Of a stretch of DNA of 64,000 nt, positions 1 through 13,742 are shown piece after piece; within the stretch, counting starts at the first letter, position 1, and each line of letters opens with the position of its first letter. The DNA is taken from assembly GCA_963845245.1 (NCBI GenBank), contig CAWJRJ010000018.1:64001-128000 (forward strand). The letters are read 5' to 3'. The translations under genes were made by a program, and so were the position numbers. This DNA is from Nitrospirota bacterium. GTDB taxonomy: Bacteria > Nitrospirota > JACRHJ01. The notes beneath the pieces were generated by a model, which saw only the letters and a program-made list of their open reading frames with translations, ran no database searches and was not told where the DNA came from.

Positions 1-1036
1 GCGCTCGCGGTCGACCGCGAGGCATTCGGGCGCTTCATCACGGATGCCATCGAGAAAAATGGCAGTATAGAGGTTGTGCACGAGGAGGTTACGGAAATAC
101 CGGACGGCACGGTTATTGTTGCGACCGGGCCACTCACCTCTGACGCGATGGCGGACACAATAGGCAAGATGACCGGCACGGAGCACCTGCATTTCTACGA
201 CGCGATTGCCCCGATACTGGACGCGGACACGATCGACATGTCCATCGCGTTCAAGGCGTCGCGCTACGGCAAGGGCGGGGACGACTATATAAACTGCGCG
301 ATGAACAAGGAGGAGTACGACGCCTTCTACGACGCGCTGATGGCAGCCGAGAAGGTGCCGGTGCGCGAGTTCGAGAGCATGCGCTGCTTCGAGGGCTGCA
401 TGCCTATAGAGTCGATGGCCGAACGCGGCCGCGATACGCTGCGGCATGGGCCGATGAAGCCCGTGGGAATCGACGACCCGCGCACCGGCCGCTGGCCCTA
501 TGCCGTCGTGCAGCTTCGGATGGAGAACGCGCGAAGGCACGGCATACAATATCGTCGGGTTTCAGACGAGGCTTAAGTGGCCGGAGCAGGCGCGGGTGTT
601 CAGGATGATACCGGGGCTTCAGAAGGTGGAGTTCATCCGGTTCGGGAGCCTGCACAGGAACACGTTCATTAACGGGCCGATGTTCCTTATGGATACCCTG
701 CAGCTGAAGGACAGGCCGGACGTGTTTATGGCCGGGCAGGTATCGGGCGTGGAGGGATATGTCGAGTCCGCCGCGATGGGGCTTCTTGCGGGGATAAACG
801 CGACGCGGAAATTGGAAGGCAAAGATATCCTGCCGCCGCCGGAAACGACCGCGTTCGGTGCACTGATAACGCACCTGACAAAGACGGAGCCTGGCAGGTT
901 CCAGCCGACGAACGTGATATTCTCGCTCTTCCCGCCTCTGGAACAGCAGATGCGGCAGAAGGACCTGAGGCGTGCGGCGCTAGTGGAGCGTGCGCTTACG
1001 GACCTTGATGAATGGAAAGGTAAGCTGGATGAATAA
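1..1036 (+). CDS. trmFO: tRNA (uracil-54-C5)-methyltransferase TrmFO/Gid, 5'-partial; one apparent frameshift near 530
   Basis: Motifs [56 protein letters not shown] across ORFs 76-576 and 500-1036; typical trmFO-xerC-hslVU order. Confidence 0.93.
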
Positions 1037-1952
1037 CCCTCTCCTTGACTTCCTTAACCACCTGCGCTACGAGAAGGGTTCGTCGAGCAATACCGTGTCG
1101 AGCTACGAAAGCGACATCGAGCAGTTCTACGAATACCTCAGGGGGCCTGAGAAAAATCCGGTCGAGATACTCAAGGTGGACAACATCGATATCCGCGGTT
1201 ACCTTGCGCACCTATCAAGGCTGGGCCTAAAAAAGTCATCGTCCCAGAGGAAGCTCGCGAGCATCAGGAGCTTCTTCAAGTACCTGTACAGGGAAGGCGC
1301 TATAGACAGCAACCCTGCAAAGCTTGTTGCAACCCCGAAGAAGGAAAAGACGCTACCGGTGTTCCTGTCGGTGGACAACGCCAAGCTTTTGGTCGAAGCG
1401 CCCACGAACTCTAAGCTCGAAGGGCTCCGCGACCGCGCTATACTGGAACTGTTTTACTCTTCCGGGCTCAGGATATCAGAGCTTGCCGGGCTTGACCGGC
1501 AGGACGTGGACCTCGTCGAAGGATTTGTGAAGGTGACCGGTAAGGGCGACAAGGAGCGGGTGGTGCCGGTCGGTGATGCGGCCACAGCCGCGATAACAGA
1601 ATATACGCAGGCCTTCGATGCGAAGGCCGGGCAGCACGGCGGCGGTGACCTGCCGCTATTTATGAACAAGACCGGAGGCCGCCTGAGTGTGCGCGGGATA
1701 AGGCGCGTGGTGGAGAAGCAAGTGATTGCAACGGGCCTTCAGGGTAAGGTGTCTCCGCACACACTGCGGCACACGTTCGCGACGCACCTGCTCGGTTCAG
1801 GCGCGGACCTGCGCTCAATACAGGAGATGCTGGGGCACGCGTCGTTGTCCACCACACAGAAGTACACCCATGTGGACCTTGACCGCCTGATGCAGGTGTA
1901 CGACAAGGCGCACCCTAGGGCGAAGAAAGACGGAGAAAAAAAGGATGGCTAA
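1029..1952 (+). CDS. xerC: Tyrosine recombinase XerC
   Basis: [52 protein letters not shown]; position between trmFO and hslV. Confidence 0.92.
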   Translation: MNNPLLDFLNHLRYEKGSSSNTVSSYESDIEQFYEYLRGPEKNPVEILKVDNIDIRGYLAHLSRLGLKKSSSQRKLASIRSFFKYLYREGAIDSNPAKLVATPKKEKTLPVFLSVDNAKLLVEAPTNSKLEGLRDRAILELFYSSGLRISELAGLDRQDVDLVEGFVKVTGKGDKERVVPVGDAATAAITEYTQAFDAKAGQHGGGDLPLFMNKTGGRLSVRGIRRVVEKQVIATGLQGKVSPHTLRHTFATHLLGSGADLRSIQEMLGHASLSTTQKYTHVDLDRLMQVYDKAHPRAKKDGEKKDG

Positions 1953-2484
1953 GACAGAGTTTCACGGTACGACTATCATATCCGTAAGGAAGGACGGCAA
2001 GGTCGCGATAGGCGGCGACGGGCAGGTTACGATGGGCAACACCGTCATGAAGCATAACGCGCGGAAGGTGCGCAAGCTTTATAACGATACGGTACTCGCG
2101 GGTTTCGCCGGGGCCACCGCCGACGCTTTCACCTTGATTGAGAAGTTCGAGGGCAGGCTTGAGGAGTACCACGGAAACCTGGCCCGGGCCGCAGTCGAGC
2201 TTGCCAAGGAGTGGCGCACCAGCAAGATGCTGCGCCAGCTAGAGGCCCTGCTCATAGTCGCGGACGCGGAGCACACCTTCATAATATCCGGCACCGGCGA
2301 CGTGATAGAGCCGGAGGACGGAATAGCAGCCATAGGCTCGGGCGGCCCGTACGCGCAGGCCGCCGCGCAGGCGCTGATGAAACATTCCGCGCTCGACGCC
2401 GCCACGGTTGTGAAAGAGGCTATGGAGATAGCTTCAAGGATATGCATTTATACGAACTCGCAGATTGTAATGGAGGAGATCTAA
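1945..2484 (+). CDS. hslV: ATP-dependent protease peptidase subunit HslV
   Basis: HGTTI with catalytic Thr, [27 protein letters not shown]. Confidence 0.97.
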   Translation: MAKTEFHGTTIISVRKDGKVAIGGDGQVTMGNTVMKHNARKVRKLYNDTVLAGFAGATADAFTLIEKFEGRLEEYHGNLARAAVELAKEWRTSKMLRQLEALLIVADAEHTFIISGTGDVIEPEDGIAAIGSGGPYAQAAAQALMKHSALDAATVVKEAMEIASRICIYTNSQIVMEEI

Positions 2485-2487
2485 CCG

Positions 2488-3862
2488 ATGAAAGACCTGG
2501 CGCCCAGGGAAGTAGTTGCGGAGCTGGATAAGTATATAATCGGACAGGACAAGGCCAAGCGCGCCGTCGCCATTGCGCTTCGCACCAGGTGGAGGCGCAT
2601 GCGCCTGCCTGAGGACCTGCGCGACGAGGTCGTGCCGAAGAACATAATCATGATAGGCTCGACCGGCGTGGGAAAGACCGAGATAGCCAGGAGGCTTGCG
2701 AAGCTGATAGATGCGCCTTTTATAAAGGTGGAGGCCTCGAAGTTCACCGAGGTCGGCTACGTCGGGCGCGACGTCGAGTCTATTATCCGCGACCTGACCG
2801 AGCAGTCGATAGGGATGGTGAAGGCGGAGCAGGCGGAACAGGTGCGGGAAAAGGCCGCCGCCGCCGCCGAAGAGCGGCTGCTGGACGCGCTCCTGCCGAG
2901 AAGGCGATCAGATGTCCCGATGTCGTTGCGGGACGCAGGGGTTGGCGCAACGGAACAGCACGACGGAACAGTTTGAGGCGGAGTCGGCCACACGCGAGAA
3001 GTTCCGCCAGATGCTCCGGGACGGAAAACTCGACGAGCGCACCGTGGAGCTTGAGGTCAGGGAGAGGACTATGCCGATGGGCATAATCTCCAATATGGGC
3101 ATGGATGACCTCGAGATAAACCTTAAGGAGATGATGGGGAACATGTTCCCGGAGAAGTCCAAGAGGCGCACGCTCAAGGTGCCCGAGGCCCTGAAGGTTC
3201 TGACGCAGGAAGAGGCATCTCGCATGATAGACATGGACAAGGTCGCAAGCGAGGCCATCAGGCGCATAGAGCAGACCGGGATGGTGTTCATAGACGAGAT
3301 AGACAAGGTCGCCGGGCGCGAGTCGGGCGGGGCTGGCCCGGACGTATCCCGCGAGGGCGTGCAGAGGGACCTGCTGCCTATCATCGAGGGCTCCACGGTC
3401 AACACGAAGCACGGCCCGGTCAAGACAGACCACATACTGTTCATTGCCGCCGGGGCGTTCCATGTCGCCAAGCCGTCGGACCTCATCCCTGAGCTTCAGG
3501 GCCGCTTCCCGATAAGGGTGGAGCTTGATAACCTCACGAAGGACGACTTCGTCAGGATACTCACAGAGCCCAGGAACGCGCTCATCAAGCAGTACGTGGA
3601 GCTGCTTCGCACCGAGGGGCTTGAGATTAATTTCTCCGCTGACGCCGTGGAGGAGATTGCAAGGATAGCGGCGTCGGTAAACGAGCGCACGGAGAACATC
3701 GGCGCGCGCAGGCTGTATACGGTGCTTGAGAAGCTCCTTGAGGACGTGAGCTTCCATGCGCCGGACGCGGTACAGAAGGTCATAAACATAAACGCGGAAT
3801 ACGTGCAGAACCAGCTAAAGGAAGTAATAAAGGACGAAGACCTGAGCCGGTATATTCTGTAA
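2488..3862 (+). CDS. hslU: ATP-dependent protease ATPase subunit HslU; apparent frameshift near 2910-2965
   Basis: [51 protein letters not shown]-terminal DLSRYIL, split over two ORFs. Confidence 0.95.
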
Positions 3863-3903
3863 GGCAGGGGTTATAAAATAGGAAATACGCTTGACAGGAA
3901 AGG

Positions 3904-3939
3904 AAGAGGCCGCCTACGAGATTGTAAGCGGCCTCTTTG
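3904..3939. terminator. Intrinsic terminator hairpin between convergent genes
   Basis: aagaggccgc-loop-gcggcctcttt inverted repeat. Confidence 0.7.
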
Positions 3940-3950
3940 AATTTACAGAG

Positions 3951-6925
3951 TTATGTTTTATTCTCTTTCTTCAACTCGATCTGATTTGAGAAAGGAATTA
4001 TTAACTTGCCATCATTACTTTGAAGCTTTAAAGGCAGGTTGGCTGTTCCTATAGCCAGTGAATCGAAAAGCTGTCCGGCTGGTATTTTTGCAGAATCAGG
4101 TATGCCGGGAATGCTTATTGTAAGCGGGCCTATTGTAGATGTATTGTATTGTCCTTTAGCGAATGGGATATGGTGTTTAACTCCGTTATTGTCAATTTCC
4201 AGGGTGAACCCGTTTTCAAGGGCGTCTTGCAGGCCTGGATAGGCTTTATAAAACAGATCGCTTAAAATTATGCTTATGACGCCCTTGTATACTTTTGTTT
4301 TGCCGGTATCTTTTTGAACCTCGCATGTGATGCTCTTGGGATTGAGGCTTGCATTTCTGTCAGCGTCTGTTTTGAAATGAATAAATGTTCCTGATACACC
4401 CTTGTTGTTGGTAAGACTAGGTACTGCCCCTTTCTCGGGCATGGTAACCAGGATGTCTCCCGCCATTTCCATGTTATCCGGGATAAATGCTGGTATCCAT
4501 GTTGGATTGTAAGTGCATGTAAACCTAGCCACCTGACCGGACAGGTCTTCGCTTTTCAGGTCGATAGGTTCGCTCCAGGCGACATCGCCCTTGTTTGCTG
4601 GCCTAACAACAAGTTGCAGCTTGGAGGGTTTCTTTGGCATGCAATTTAATGGTATAAGAACGCTTATATTTCCAGCTATGACAGCAAAGGGCGAGGCGAA
4701 CTTAACAACCGGAGACTCTGTGGCCTCCTTTATTGGCGGGAGGATACGCACACCGTTTTTAATCCTGGCCAGGCCGTTGCTGGTTACCACGGTGAGATCT
4801 ACAGTCGGGTTTTTGTCGTCCAGCGTCCTTGGCATAACGATGGGACCAAACTCCGCAACTATCCCGGCCATGTCCGGCAGTATCGTGTATCCGACTGCGC
4901 TCTGGTTGTCTATGAATATCTCCGGGTTCCTCCAGAGATCGCTGCCCCGGATAAGAAGCTTTACAGGCTTGCCGGCTTCGACTACGTAACACCTCTCCTC
5001 TTTGGGCGCATTAAGGTCGAACGGCGGAGGTCTACGGCTTTCCACGTTCGACGTCCTTGAGAAGAAATGCGGTGAGTGCGGAGTAGTTGACGGGCAGTTG
5101 TACAGTCATAGGACTGCAGGTTTCCTCGACAGGAACAGGCTCGTTGTCCGCATTATACCAATGCGCTGCTTTTCCGTTTTTCTTTGTCGATTTATAGGTC
5201 GGGGTCAGGCTGACTTGCTGTATCCAGGACGGCACTACGATTGAGGCTTGGACCGAATATGTGGTCGGAACCTGGTTGAACTCCACGTCCCCATCGTCGC
5301 CTATCTCGAACTTCAGCCCAAGCACCCAGCCGAATGTGTCGCTGCCGTCGATGAAGCCCACGACAAGCGGTTGCCGCTTGACTGCCTGAATATTTTTCTG
5401 GATCCTCTTCATGTAATCCATATACGCATCTGCGCCGATGCCGTTCTGTGGCATAGCGGCCTTGAGGGAGAGTGTATAGCTCTTGAGGTTCTCGTATTCG
5501 GAAACATCTGAGATGTTCTGGGCGAGCTCCTTGGGTTCAACGCTGTAGATGTAAGAATTTTCCATCGGTTTGTCGTTAATCTTTTTATTTACCGCATCAA
5601 CAGCTTTATTCAATTTTTCCAGCCCGCCGTCCTTTCCTGCAACGGGGATAAAGTAAAAGTCCCCGTCAGTCATTTTTACAAGACTTGGTTCAGCATCAAA
5701 ACTTACAAAATCTTTAAGAGAAAAATTATATTCGATCCATTAGCATGTAGCTTAGCGCTTCACGACACTCTTTACTGTTGTCGCAGCCTACGTTGAGGCA
5801 TTCACTCAATTTGCTGAGTTTTATGTTGTCTGTTGTATCTTTAATTAATGCTAATTTGCTTTGTTCCGCAGACGCTTCTAATCTGTCTTGTTCTATCTGC
5901 ACATTACTAAGCGACTGTAGCCTAGCTATTTCCTCTTGTGTTGCTTTAGGAGTGTTAAGTAAATCTCTCGTTTTTTGGATTTCTACAATCCTCTTGTTGT
6001 TTTCTACAATCCTCTTGTTGTTTTCTATAATCCTCTTCTCAGTTTCATGTTTAGCTTTTACCGTATATGCAAAAAGCTCCATCTTTTCTTCATCCGACAA
6101 ATTGTTTGTGGCAATACGTCGCTGAAGGGCGATGGATTTTGCATTGATATCGTTCTCAAGGCTGCTGACCCATTTGGTATAATAATTAGGACCTATCGCA
6201 GTGGAGGTATTTGTAAAGGTATTTACTTTAAGGTCGACTTTCCCCCAGCCGTGGTTATGATTTTCGGGCGAAACCGCCAGGTCGAACTTCAAGGTATAAA
6301 TGGTGTTGCCCTGCATGTCATGAGTGTCGTCGAGTTCCTGCTCGCGGAGCATCGTCTGGATCGCGTCTCTGTACGCCTTCCTGTCCCTGAGTTCGTCGAT
6401 GGGGTGGAGCTTGGCCTTCGTCTCGGCGGATTCTATATTAGCCTGCCGCGTCGAACTGAATTCGCTGAATGGGTGCTTGGGGTAGACGGTGGTGTTGTTG
6501 CCCAATCCGGTGGCTGCGGGAGTAGCCTTGATGGATGAGTAGTTGCCCAGATTAGACATCTGATCAAGCTTGCGCCTCCTGTCCTGCATGTATATCCTGT
6601 GCTCGATCTCTCTTTCCTCGGCCTGCATGTTGTTCTGGTCAATTGCATTCATGGCGAGCATCTTTGCAGGGTTGACTTCGACCGCGAGAGAACCCCGGAG
6701 CCCCTCAAACATGTTTACGGTTCTCATTCCCTGGTAACCGAAAACAGCTTTATCTGAATCCTTGAGCTTGTCCTCCAACCACTGTTTTTCGACAGCGCGC
6801 CTTGAAACCAGTCGCTCCCTCGTGAACACTTCGGGACGACTGACCAATATTTTTCCGTAAGACCCGCAGCCCACGAAAAGAAGGATGCATAAGAAGAATC
6901 CAGCTCCGATTTTATAAATATTCAT
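3951..6925 (-). CDS. Large (~990 aa) hypothetical lipoprotein split into three ORFs by two apparent single-base insertions
   Basis: Signal peptide with lipobox-like LLFVG-C; removing one base near 5730 and one near 5045 joins ORFs 5726-6925, 5032-5673 and 3951-5045 in frame; AT-richer than its neighbours. Confidence 0.6.
5981..6037. repeat. 21-bp tandem repeat (about 2.7 copies) encoding the heptad (I/V)ENNKRI in a coiled-coil stretch
   Basis: ttctacaatcctcttgttgtt repeated at 5981, 6002 and partly at 6023. Confidence 0.8.
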
Positions 6926-7129
6926 TTGCGTCTCTTGTCCCCCTAGGAAGGTTACTGTTAAAAACTTTTAATCTTATATCACTAATGATTAAATAACACA
7001 ATATATTTTTATTTGTTAAGATTGCTGCTATTTTAGGCTGTTACAGAAGAGTTTGAGAAAGCCAGGAGGAATTTTGTAAAAAATGTTTCCTTTATAATGT
7101 TTTTATTATATTCTCTAGGTAGTTTATGA

Positions 7130-8836
<1,707 letters not shown>

Positions 8837-8946
8837 CCCTAAAGTATAGTTGATAAAAATCAATATAGTCAAAGAAAAAGGGTATTAATTAAGGCTAATG
8901 AACAAAAACATGGAAAAATCAGGGCCTGAGGGCTTATAATTGCAGA

Positions 8947-9423
8947 ATGGCGGTTGATTTTGACAAAATAATGATGGCTTTGGCCATCGAACAGGCCAGG
9001 CGTGCCCTTGAGTACGGCGATGTGCCGGTAGGTGCGGTGGTGGCAGTGGGCGGGGAGGTAGTCGCGACCGCCTATAACCGCCGTGAGGCGGACAACGACC
9101 CGACGGCACATGCGGAGGTACTTGCACTCCGGGAGGCCGGCCGGGTGCTCGGGAGCTGGCGGCTGTCCGAGGCCACCGTATACATAACCAAGGAGCCCTG
9201 CGTGATGTGCGCTGGCGCGCTCATGAGCGCCCGGGTGGCGCGAGTGGTATACGGCGCTCAGGACCCAAAATACGGCGCGGCCTGGAGCGTGTTCAACATA
9301 CTGCAGGACGACCGGCTCAACCACCGGACAGAGGTCACAGCCGGGGTGCTTGCGGAAGAATGCATGGCCATATTAAGGGATTTTTTTGAGGGCCGCCGGG
9401 TGAATAAGATTGATAAAGCCTGA
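8947..9423 (+). CDS. tadA: tRNA adenosine(34) deaminase
   Basis: VPVGAV, TAHAE, EPCVMCAGA, LNH; lies next to the SRP RNA and dnaX. Confidence 0.93.
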   Translation: MAVDFDKIMMALAIEQARRALEYGDVPVGAVVAVGGEVVATAYNRREADNDPTAHAEVLALREAGRVLGSWRLSEATVYITKEPCVMCAGALMSARVARVVYGAQDPKYGAAWSVFNILQDDRLNHRTEVTAGVLAEECMAILRDFFEGRRVNKIDKA

Positions 9424-9567
9424 CGGATTTGATAATATATAGAGGTCCTTTAAATGGGCAACCTTATATTTCCATAAAGATTTTCTATTGCATTCCCATC
9501 ATTTGGCAGTTGACTTTAGCAGGGGATTATATTATAAACGTAGGTTCCCGGATGGATTCATGTGCCC

Positions 9568-9657
9568 GGAGAGATGGCCGAGTGGTCGAAGGCGGTTGAC
9601 TCGAAATCAACTGTGGGGGTGACCTCACCGGGGGTTCGACTCCCTCTCTCTCCGCCA
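9568..9657 (+). tRNA. tRNA-Ser(CGA)
   Basis: GGAGAGA...TCTCTCCGCCA acceptor stem, anticodon arm gttga-cTCGAaa-tcaac (anticodon CGA), long variable arm, GTTCGA. Confidence 0.95.
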
Positions 9658-9728
9658 TTTATCTCAAGGTAGATTTCTGCACCTTGAAATAAGCTTGTTC
9701 CTTGGAAATCTGAGAAGTTGGCGGCTGC

Positions 9729-9818
9729 GGAGAGGTGACCGAGTGGCCGAAGGTGCATGATTGGAAATCATGTGTATGGGCAACTGTACCGTGGGTTCGA
9801 CTCCCACCCTCTCCGCCA
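9729..9818 (+). tRNA. tRNA-Ser(GGA)
   Basis: GGAGAGG...CCTCTCCGCCA, anticodon arm catga-ttGGAaa-tcatg, long variable arm. Confidence 0.95.
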
Positions 9819-9889
9819 TAAATAAAGCCAGGCTTTGCATGTTTGCGGCTGGCCCCCCAAATGTTACCAGCCCCATTCAGTCACCCTAT

Positions 9890-10004
9890 GGGCCGTCGGG
9901 CCGGGTTCTGCGCGGCAGGAAACCGTGAACCCCGTCAGGTCCGGAAGGAAGCAGCGGTAAGCGGACCTTCCTGGGCGCCGCAGGCCAGCCTGGTCCGACG
10001 TCCC
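9890..10004 (+). ncRNA. ffs: Signal recognition particle (4.5S) RNA
   Basis: Domain IV motif cccgtcaggtccggaaggaagcagcggta inside a long hairpin; upstream of dnaX. Confidence 0.92.
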
Positions 10005-10093
10005 TTATGGTGTCTGAAGTCTCAACAGACCCCCCTCTTTAAAGCTTGGGGCTTTTGCCCCGCTATCCGTGTCGCAAGGGTTTGGAGCATCAA

Positions 10094-11777
10094 ATGAGCT
10101 ATACAGTGCTGGCCCGCAAATGGCGCCCCCAACTGTTTACGGACGTTGTTGGGCAGGGCCACGTGGCCCGCAGCCTTATGAACGCCCTGAGCATGGGCAG
10201 GGTTGCGCACGCCTTCCTGTTTTCCGGGACGCGCGGGGTGGGCAAGACCACGACGGCAAGGATACTCGCCAAGGCGCTGAACTGCGCCAAGGGCCCTACA
10301 CCTGAGCCCTGCGGCGAATGCGACTCCTGCAAAGAGGTCACACAGGGCAACTCGGTCGACGTCATAGAGATAGACGCGGCCTCCAATACCGGCGTCGACA
10401 ACGTCCGCGAGCTTCGCGAGAACGCTAAATACGCCCCTGCGAAGTCCGCCAACAAGATATATATAATAGACGAGGTGCACATGCTCTCGGGGGCCGCGTT
10501 CAACGCGCTCCTGAAGACGCTGGAAGAGCCGCCGCCTCACGTCGTATTCATACTGGCAACCACCGACCCGCACAAGCTCCCGGCGACCATCCTCTCGCGC
10601 TGCCAGCACTACGATTTCAGGAGAGTGCCCAAGGCGAAGATCGAGGAACATTTAAATACCCTGTGTGAGAGGGAGGGTATCACGGTCGAGGCAGGGGCGC
10701 TCGCCCGTGTCGCGGGCCTGGCCGAGGGAAGCGTAAGGGATTCCCTTAGCCTGCTGGACCAGGTCATCTCCTTCTGCGGAGACGCGGGCATAAAGGAAGA
10801 GGACATAAATGCCACCCTCGGACTGGTAGGGCGTGAAGCGGTTAAGCGTGCGGCCCGCTGCGATAACCGGCCAGGATGCGGCCTCCGCGCTTGAGGCCGT
10901 TGGCGCGCTGGTGGACGAGGGGCAGGACCTGAGGCGTTTCGCATCCGAGCTCCTTGGGCTCTTCCGCGACATGCTCGTGACCAGGGTATCCCCCAAACCC
11001 GAGGCGGTGCTTGAGCTGTCCAAGGGCGAGGTCGAGGAGCTTGCCACAATAGCGGCGGGCATAAACCCTGAAGAACTCATAAGGGTGATGAACCTCCTCA
11101 GCCGGCTCGCGGACGAGATGAAATGGACAACGAGCCCCAGGATATCTCTGGAGCTGGCGCTGGTTAAGGCGGCATCCAGGCCGATAAATACGGTCGACGA
11201 GATACTGGAAGGCATAAAGGGACTTAAAGATACCCCGGCGGGCGGCATGGCATACGGCGCAGGTGCTCCGGCGGCAAGCCCGGCCAGGGCACAAGCCCCC
11301 GTTCCCGAGAAGTCTGTCTCACCTCGGACCATAAGGGAAGATGCGGACCATTATGCCTACCCGGAGTCCCCGGACAAGCCAGCCTCCGATAACCCGGCTG
11401 TCGAGCTTTGGGCAAGGATAAGGGAAGAGATAAAGAAGCTGGGCAAGGCCCCGCTGGCCGGTAAGATGAATGCCGCGGCCCCCAAAAAGCTTGAAGGCAG
11501 TGTACTCTCGGTCGTGGAAGGGACGCTGGCGTTCAGCGCCACTGACCTTTCCCTGATAAAGGATGCCGTGTCCACGCTCGGGCTGGATATTACCGTAAAG
11601 CCTGTGAAAGGCGGCGGGGAGAAGCAGAAGTCGCTGGGCGAAGTCAAGCAGGAGAAGATTCAGAGCCGCCACGACAAGATACGCCAGGAGGCTCTGCAAG
11701 ACCCGATAGTGAAATCGGCACTCGACCTGTTCGGCGGCGAGATAGTCGAAGTGGAAGACGAGAAGACCGGAACATAA
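10094..11777 (+). CDS. dnaX: DNA polymerase III subunit gamma/tau; apparent frameshift near 10850
   Basis: [46 protein letters not shown]-terminal part in ORF 10833-11777. Confidence 0.95.
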
Positions 11778-11791
11778 ATAAGAGGATAATC

Positions 11792-12130
11792 ATGTCAAAA
11801 AAACTTTTGGGCAACCTGATGAAGCAGGCCCAGATGATGCAGGAAAAGATGGCGAAGGTCCAGGAAGAAGCGGCCGCAAAGACGGTCGAGGCCTCGGCGG
11901 GCGGCGGCATGGTCAAAGTCTCCGCCAACGGCAGGATGGAGATAATCTCGATAAACATCGAGAAAGAGGTCGTGAACCCGGACGACGTGGAGATGTTGCA
12001 GGACCTGGTTGTTGCGGCCGTCAACGAGGCGCTCAAGAAGGCCCAGGACATGATGTCGGACGAGATGGGCAAGATAACCGGCGGCATGGGGCTTCCCGGC
12101 GGTGGCGGCGGTTTCCCGGGGCTCTTTTAG
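11792..12130 (+). CDS. ebfC: Nucleoid-associated protein YbaB/EbfC
   Basis: MKQAQMMQ, SAGGGMV, DVEMLQDLVVAAVNEA; between dnaX and recR. Confidence 0.93.
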   Translation: MSKKLLGNLMKQAQMMQEKMAKVQEEAAAKTVEASAGGGMVKVSANGRMEIISINIEKEVVNPDDVEMLQDLVVAAVNEALKKAQDMMSDEMGKITGGMGLPGGGGGFPGLF

Positions 12131-12136
12131 GGAAAG

Positions 12137-12730
12137 ATGTCTGAAACACTAGAACGGTTAGTTGACGAGTTTTCGCGGCTCCCGGGCATAGGCAGGAAGA
12201 CTGCCGCGAGGCTTGCGCTATACATATTAAAGGCCGGCAAGGAAGACGCCGGCGCCCTCGCGACGGCGATACTGGACCTGAAAGAGAAGGCCAGACCTTG
12301 CAGGGTATGCAACAACATAACCGAAGAAGAAATGTGCGGGATATGCGCCAGCCCGAAACGCGACCCGCGCAAGATACTCGTGGTAGAGGAGATCTCAGAC
12401 CTCCTGGCCGTCGAGGCGACGCACGAGTACAAGGGCCTCTACCACGTCCTGATGGGTGCGATATCCCCGATAGACGGTATCGGCCCCGAGGAGACGACCG
12501 TAGCGGGTCTGGTGGAGCGGGTTACAAAGGGCGGCGTGGACGAAGTTATCCTGGCCACCAACCCGAACCTTAAAGGCGAGGCGACGGCGCTTTACATTGC
12601 AAGGCAGCTGAGGCCCCTGGGTGTGCGGGTTACCCGCATAGCATACGGCGTCCCGATGGGAGGGGTGCTTGAATACTCCGACTCCGGCACGCTTATAAAG
12701 TCGCTTGAGGGGCGCAGGGTATTAGAATAG
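12137..12730 (+). CDS. recR: Recombination mediator RecR
   Basis: LPGIGRKTA HhH motif, C4 zinc finger, YHVLMGAISPIDG, GEATA. Confidence 0.96.
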   Translation: MSETLERLVDEFSRLPGIGRKTAARLALYILKAGKEDAGALATAILDLKEKARPCRVCNNITEEEMCGICASPKRDPRKILVVEEISDLLAVEATHEYKGLYHVLMGAISPIDGIGPEETTVAGLVERVTKGGVDEVILATNPNLKGEATALYIARQLRPLGVRVTRIAYGVPMGGVLEYSDSGTLIKSLEGRRVLE

Positions 12731-12776
12731 TCAGGATGGTTTGACCATCATAATATGAACAGGAGGTAGAGAAGAA

Positions 12777-13350
12777 ATGGCCGAGATATTGGAAATCAGA
12801 TGGCACGGCCGGGGCGGACAGGGGACCGTTACAGCCGCCAAGGTGCTTGCCGAGGCCTCTATGGCCGAAGGCAAGAACGTCCAGGCCTTCCCGGAGTATG
12901 GCCCTGAGAGGATGGGCGCCCCGCTTCGCGCGTACAACCGCATCAGCGTCAGCCCGATGACGATACACTGCCAGGTGACAAACCCGTCAGTGATAGCCGT
13001 CGTTGACCCGACATTGCTCGATACGGTCGATGTGACGGAGGGCACGACTTCAGACGCGGTATATATCATCAATACCGCAAAGACACCGGCTGAGATGAAG
13101 AAAAAGATCAAAGCTGAAGGGCAAGCAGAAGATGTTCTGCGTTGACGCAAACAAGATAAGCATCGAAACTATCGGCAGGATCATGCCCAACACGCCGATG
13201 CTCGGCGCGGTGGTCAAGGCCACCGGCGTCATCAAGCTTGAGACCCTTCTGACCGACATAAAGGCGAGCTTCGGCAAGAAGTTCTCCGAGAAGATAATCC
13301 AGAGCAACCTGGACGCGGCAAGCAAGGCCTACGAGGAGGTGAAATCGTAA
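12777..13350 (+). CDS. porC: Pyruvate/2-oxoacid:ferredoxin oxidoreductase gamma subunit; frameshift near 13110
   Basis: EIRWHGRGGQG, FPEYGPERMGAP, PNTPMLGA. Confidence 0.88.
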
Positions 13351-13718
13351 TGAGCAAGCCAAAGGGATGGAAAAACCTGCCGGACGGCGGGATGATAACC
13401 GAGGCCGGAAACGCCGCCGCATACAACACCGGCGCGTGGCGCAGCGACAGGCCCATATGGATAAAGGAAAACTGCATCCAGTGCCTCTTCTGCTGGATAT
13501 ACTGCCCAGACTCCTCGGTGAAGGTGAAAGACGGCCTGCGCGAGGAGTTCGACTACCTGCACTGCAAGGGCTGCGGCGTCTGTGCGATGGAATGCCCGGC
13601 CAAGGAGAAGGCGATAGTCATGCTTACCGAGGCCGAGGGCCAGGGGCCGGATGCGCTGGAGAAGGCGAAGGCCATTGCAAAGAAGATGGCTGCGGAAAAG
13701 AAAGCCGCCAAAGAATAA
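13350..13718 (+). CDS. porD: Pyruvate/2-oxoacid:ferredoxin oxidoreductase delta subunit (2x[4Fe-4S])
   Basis: TGAWR, CIQCLFCWIYCPD, CKGCGVCAMECP. Confidence 0.9.
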   Translation: MSKPKGWKNLPDGGMITEAGNAAAYNTGAWRSDRPIWIKENCIQCLFCWIYCPDSSVKVKDGLREEFDYLHCKGCGVCAMECPAKEKAIVMLTEAEGQGPDALEKAKAIAKKMAAEKKAAKE

Positions 13719-13742
13719 ATTACTGACAAGGAGAAAGATAAA

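Noticed and set aside
1029..1952. Tyrosine recombinase as a mobile-element integrase
   Set aside because: The sequence and the trmFO-xerC-hslVU context identify housekeeping XerC; no att sites or cargo genes are adjacent.
10833..10894. Programmed ribosomal frameshift in dnaX (gamma/tau)
   Set aside because: The break lies at about codon 255, inside the clamp-loader core, with no A-AAA-AAG or poly-A slippery site; it matches the window-wide indel error pattern.
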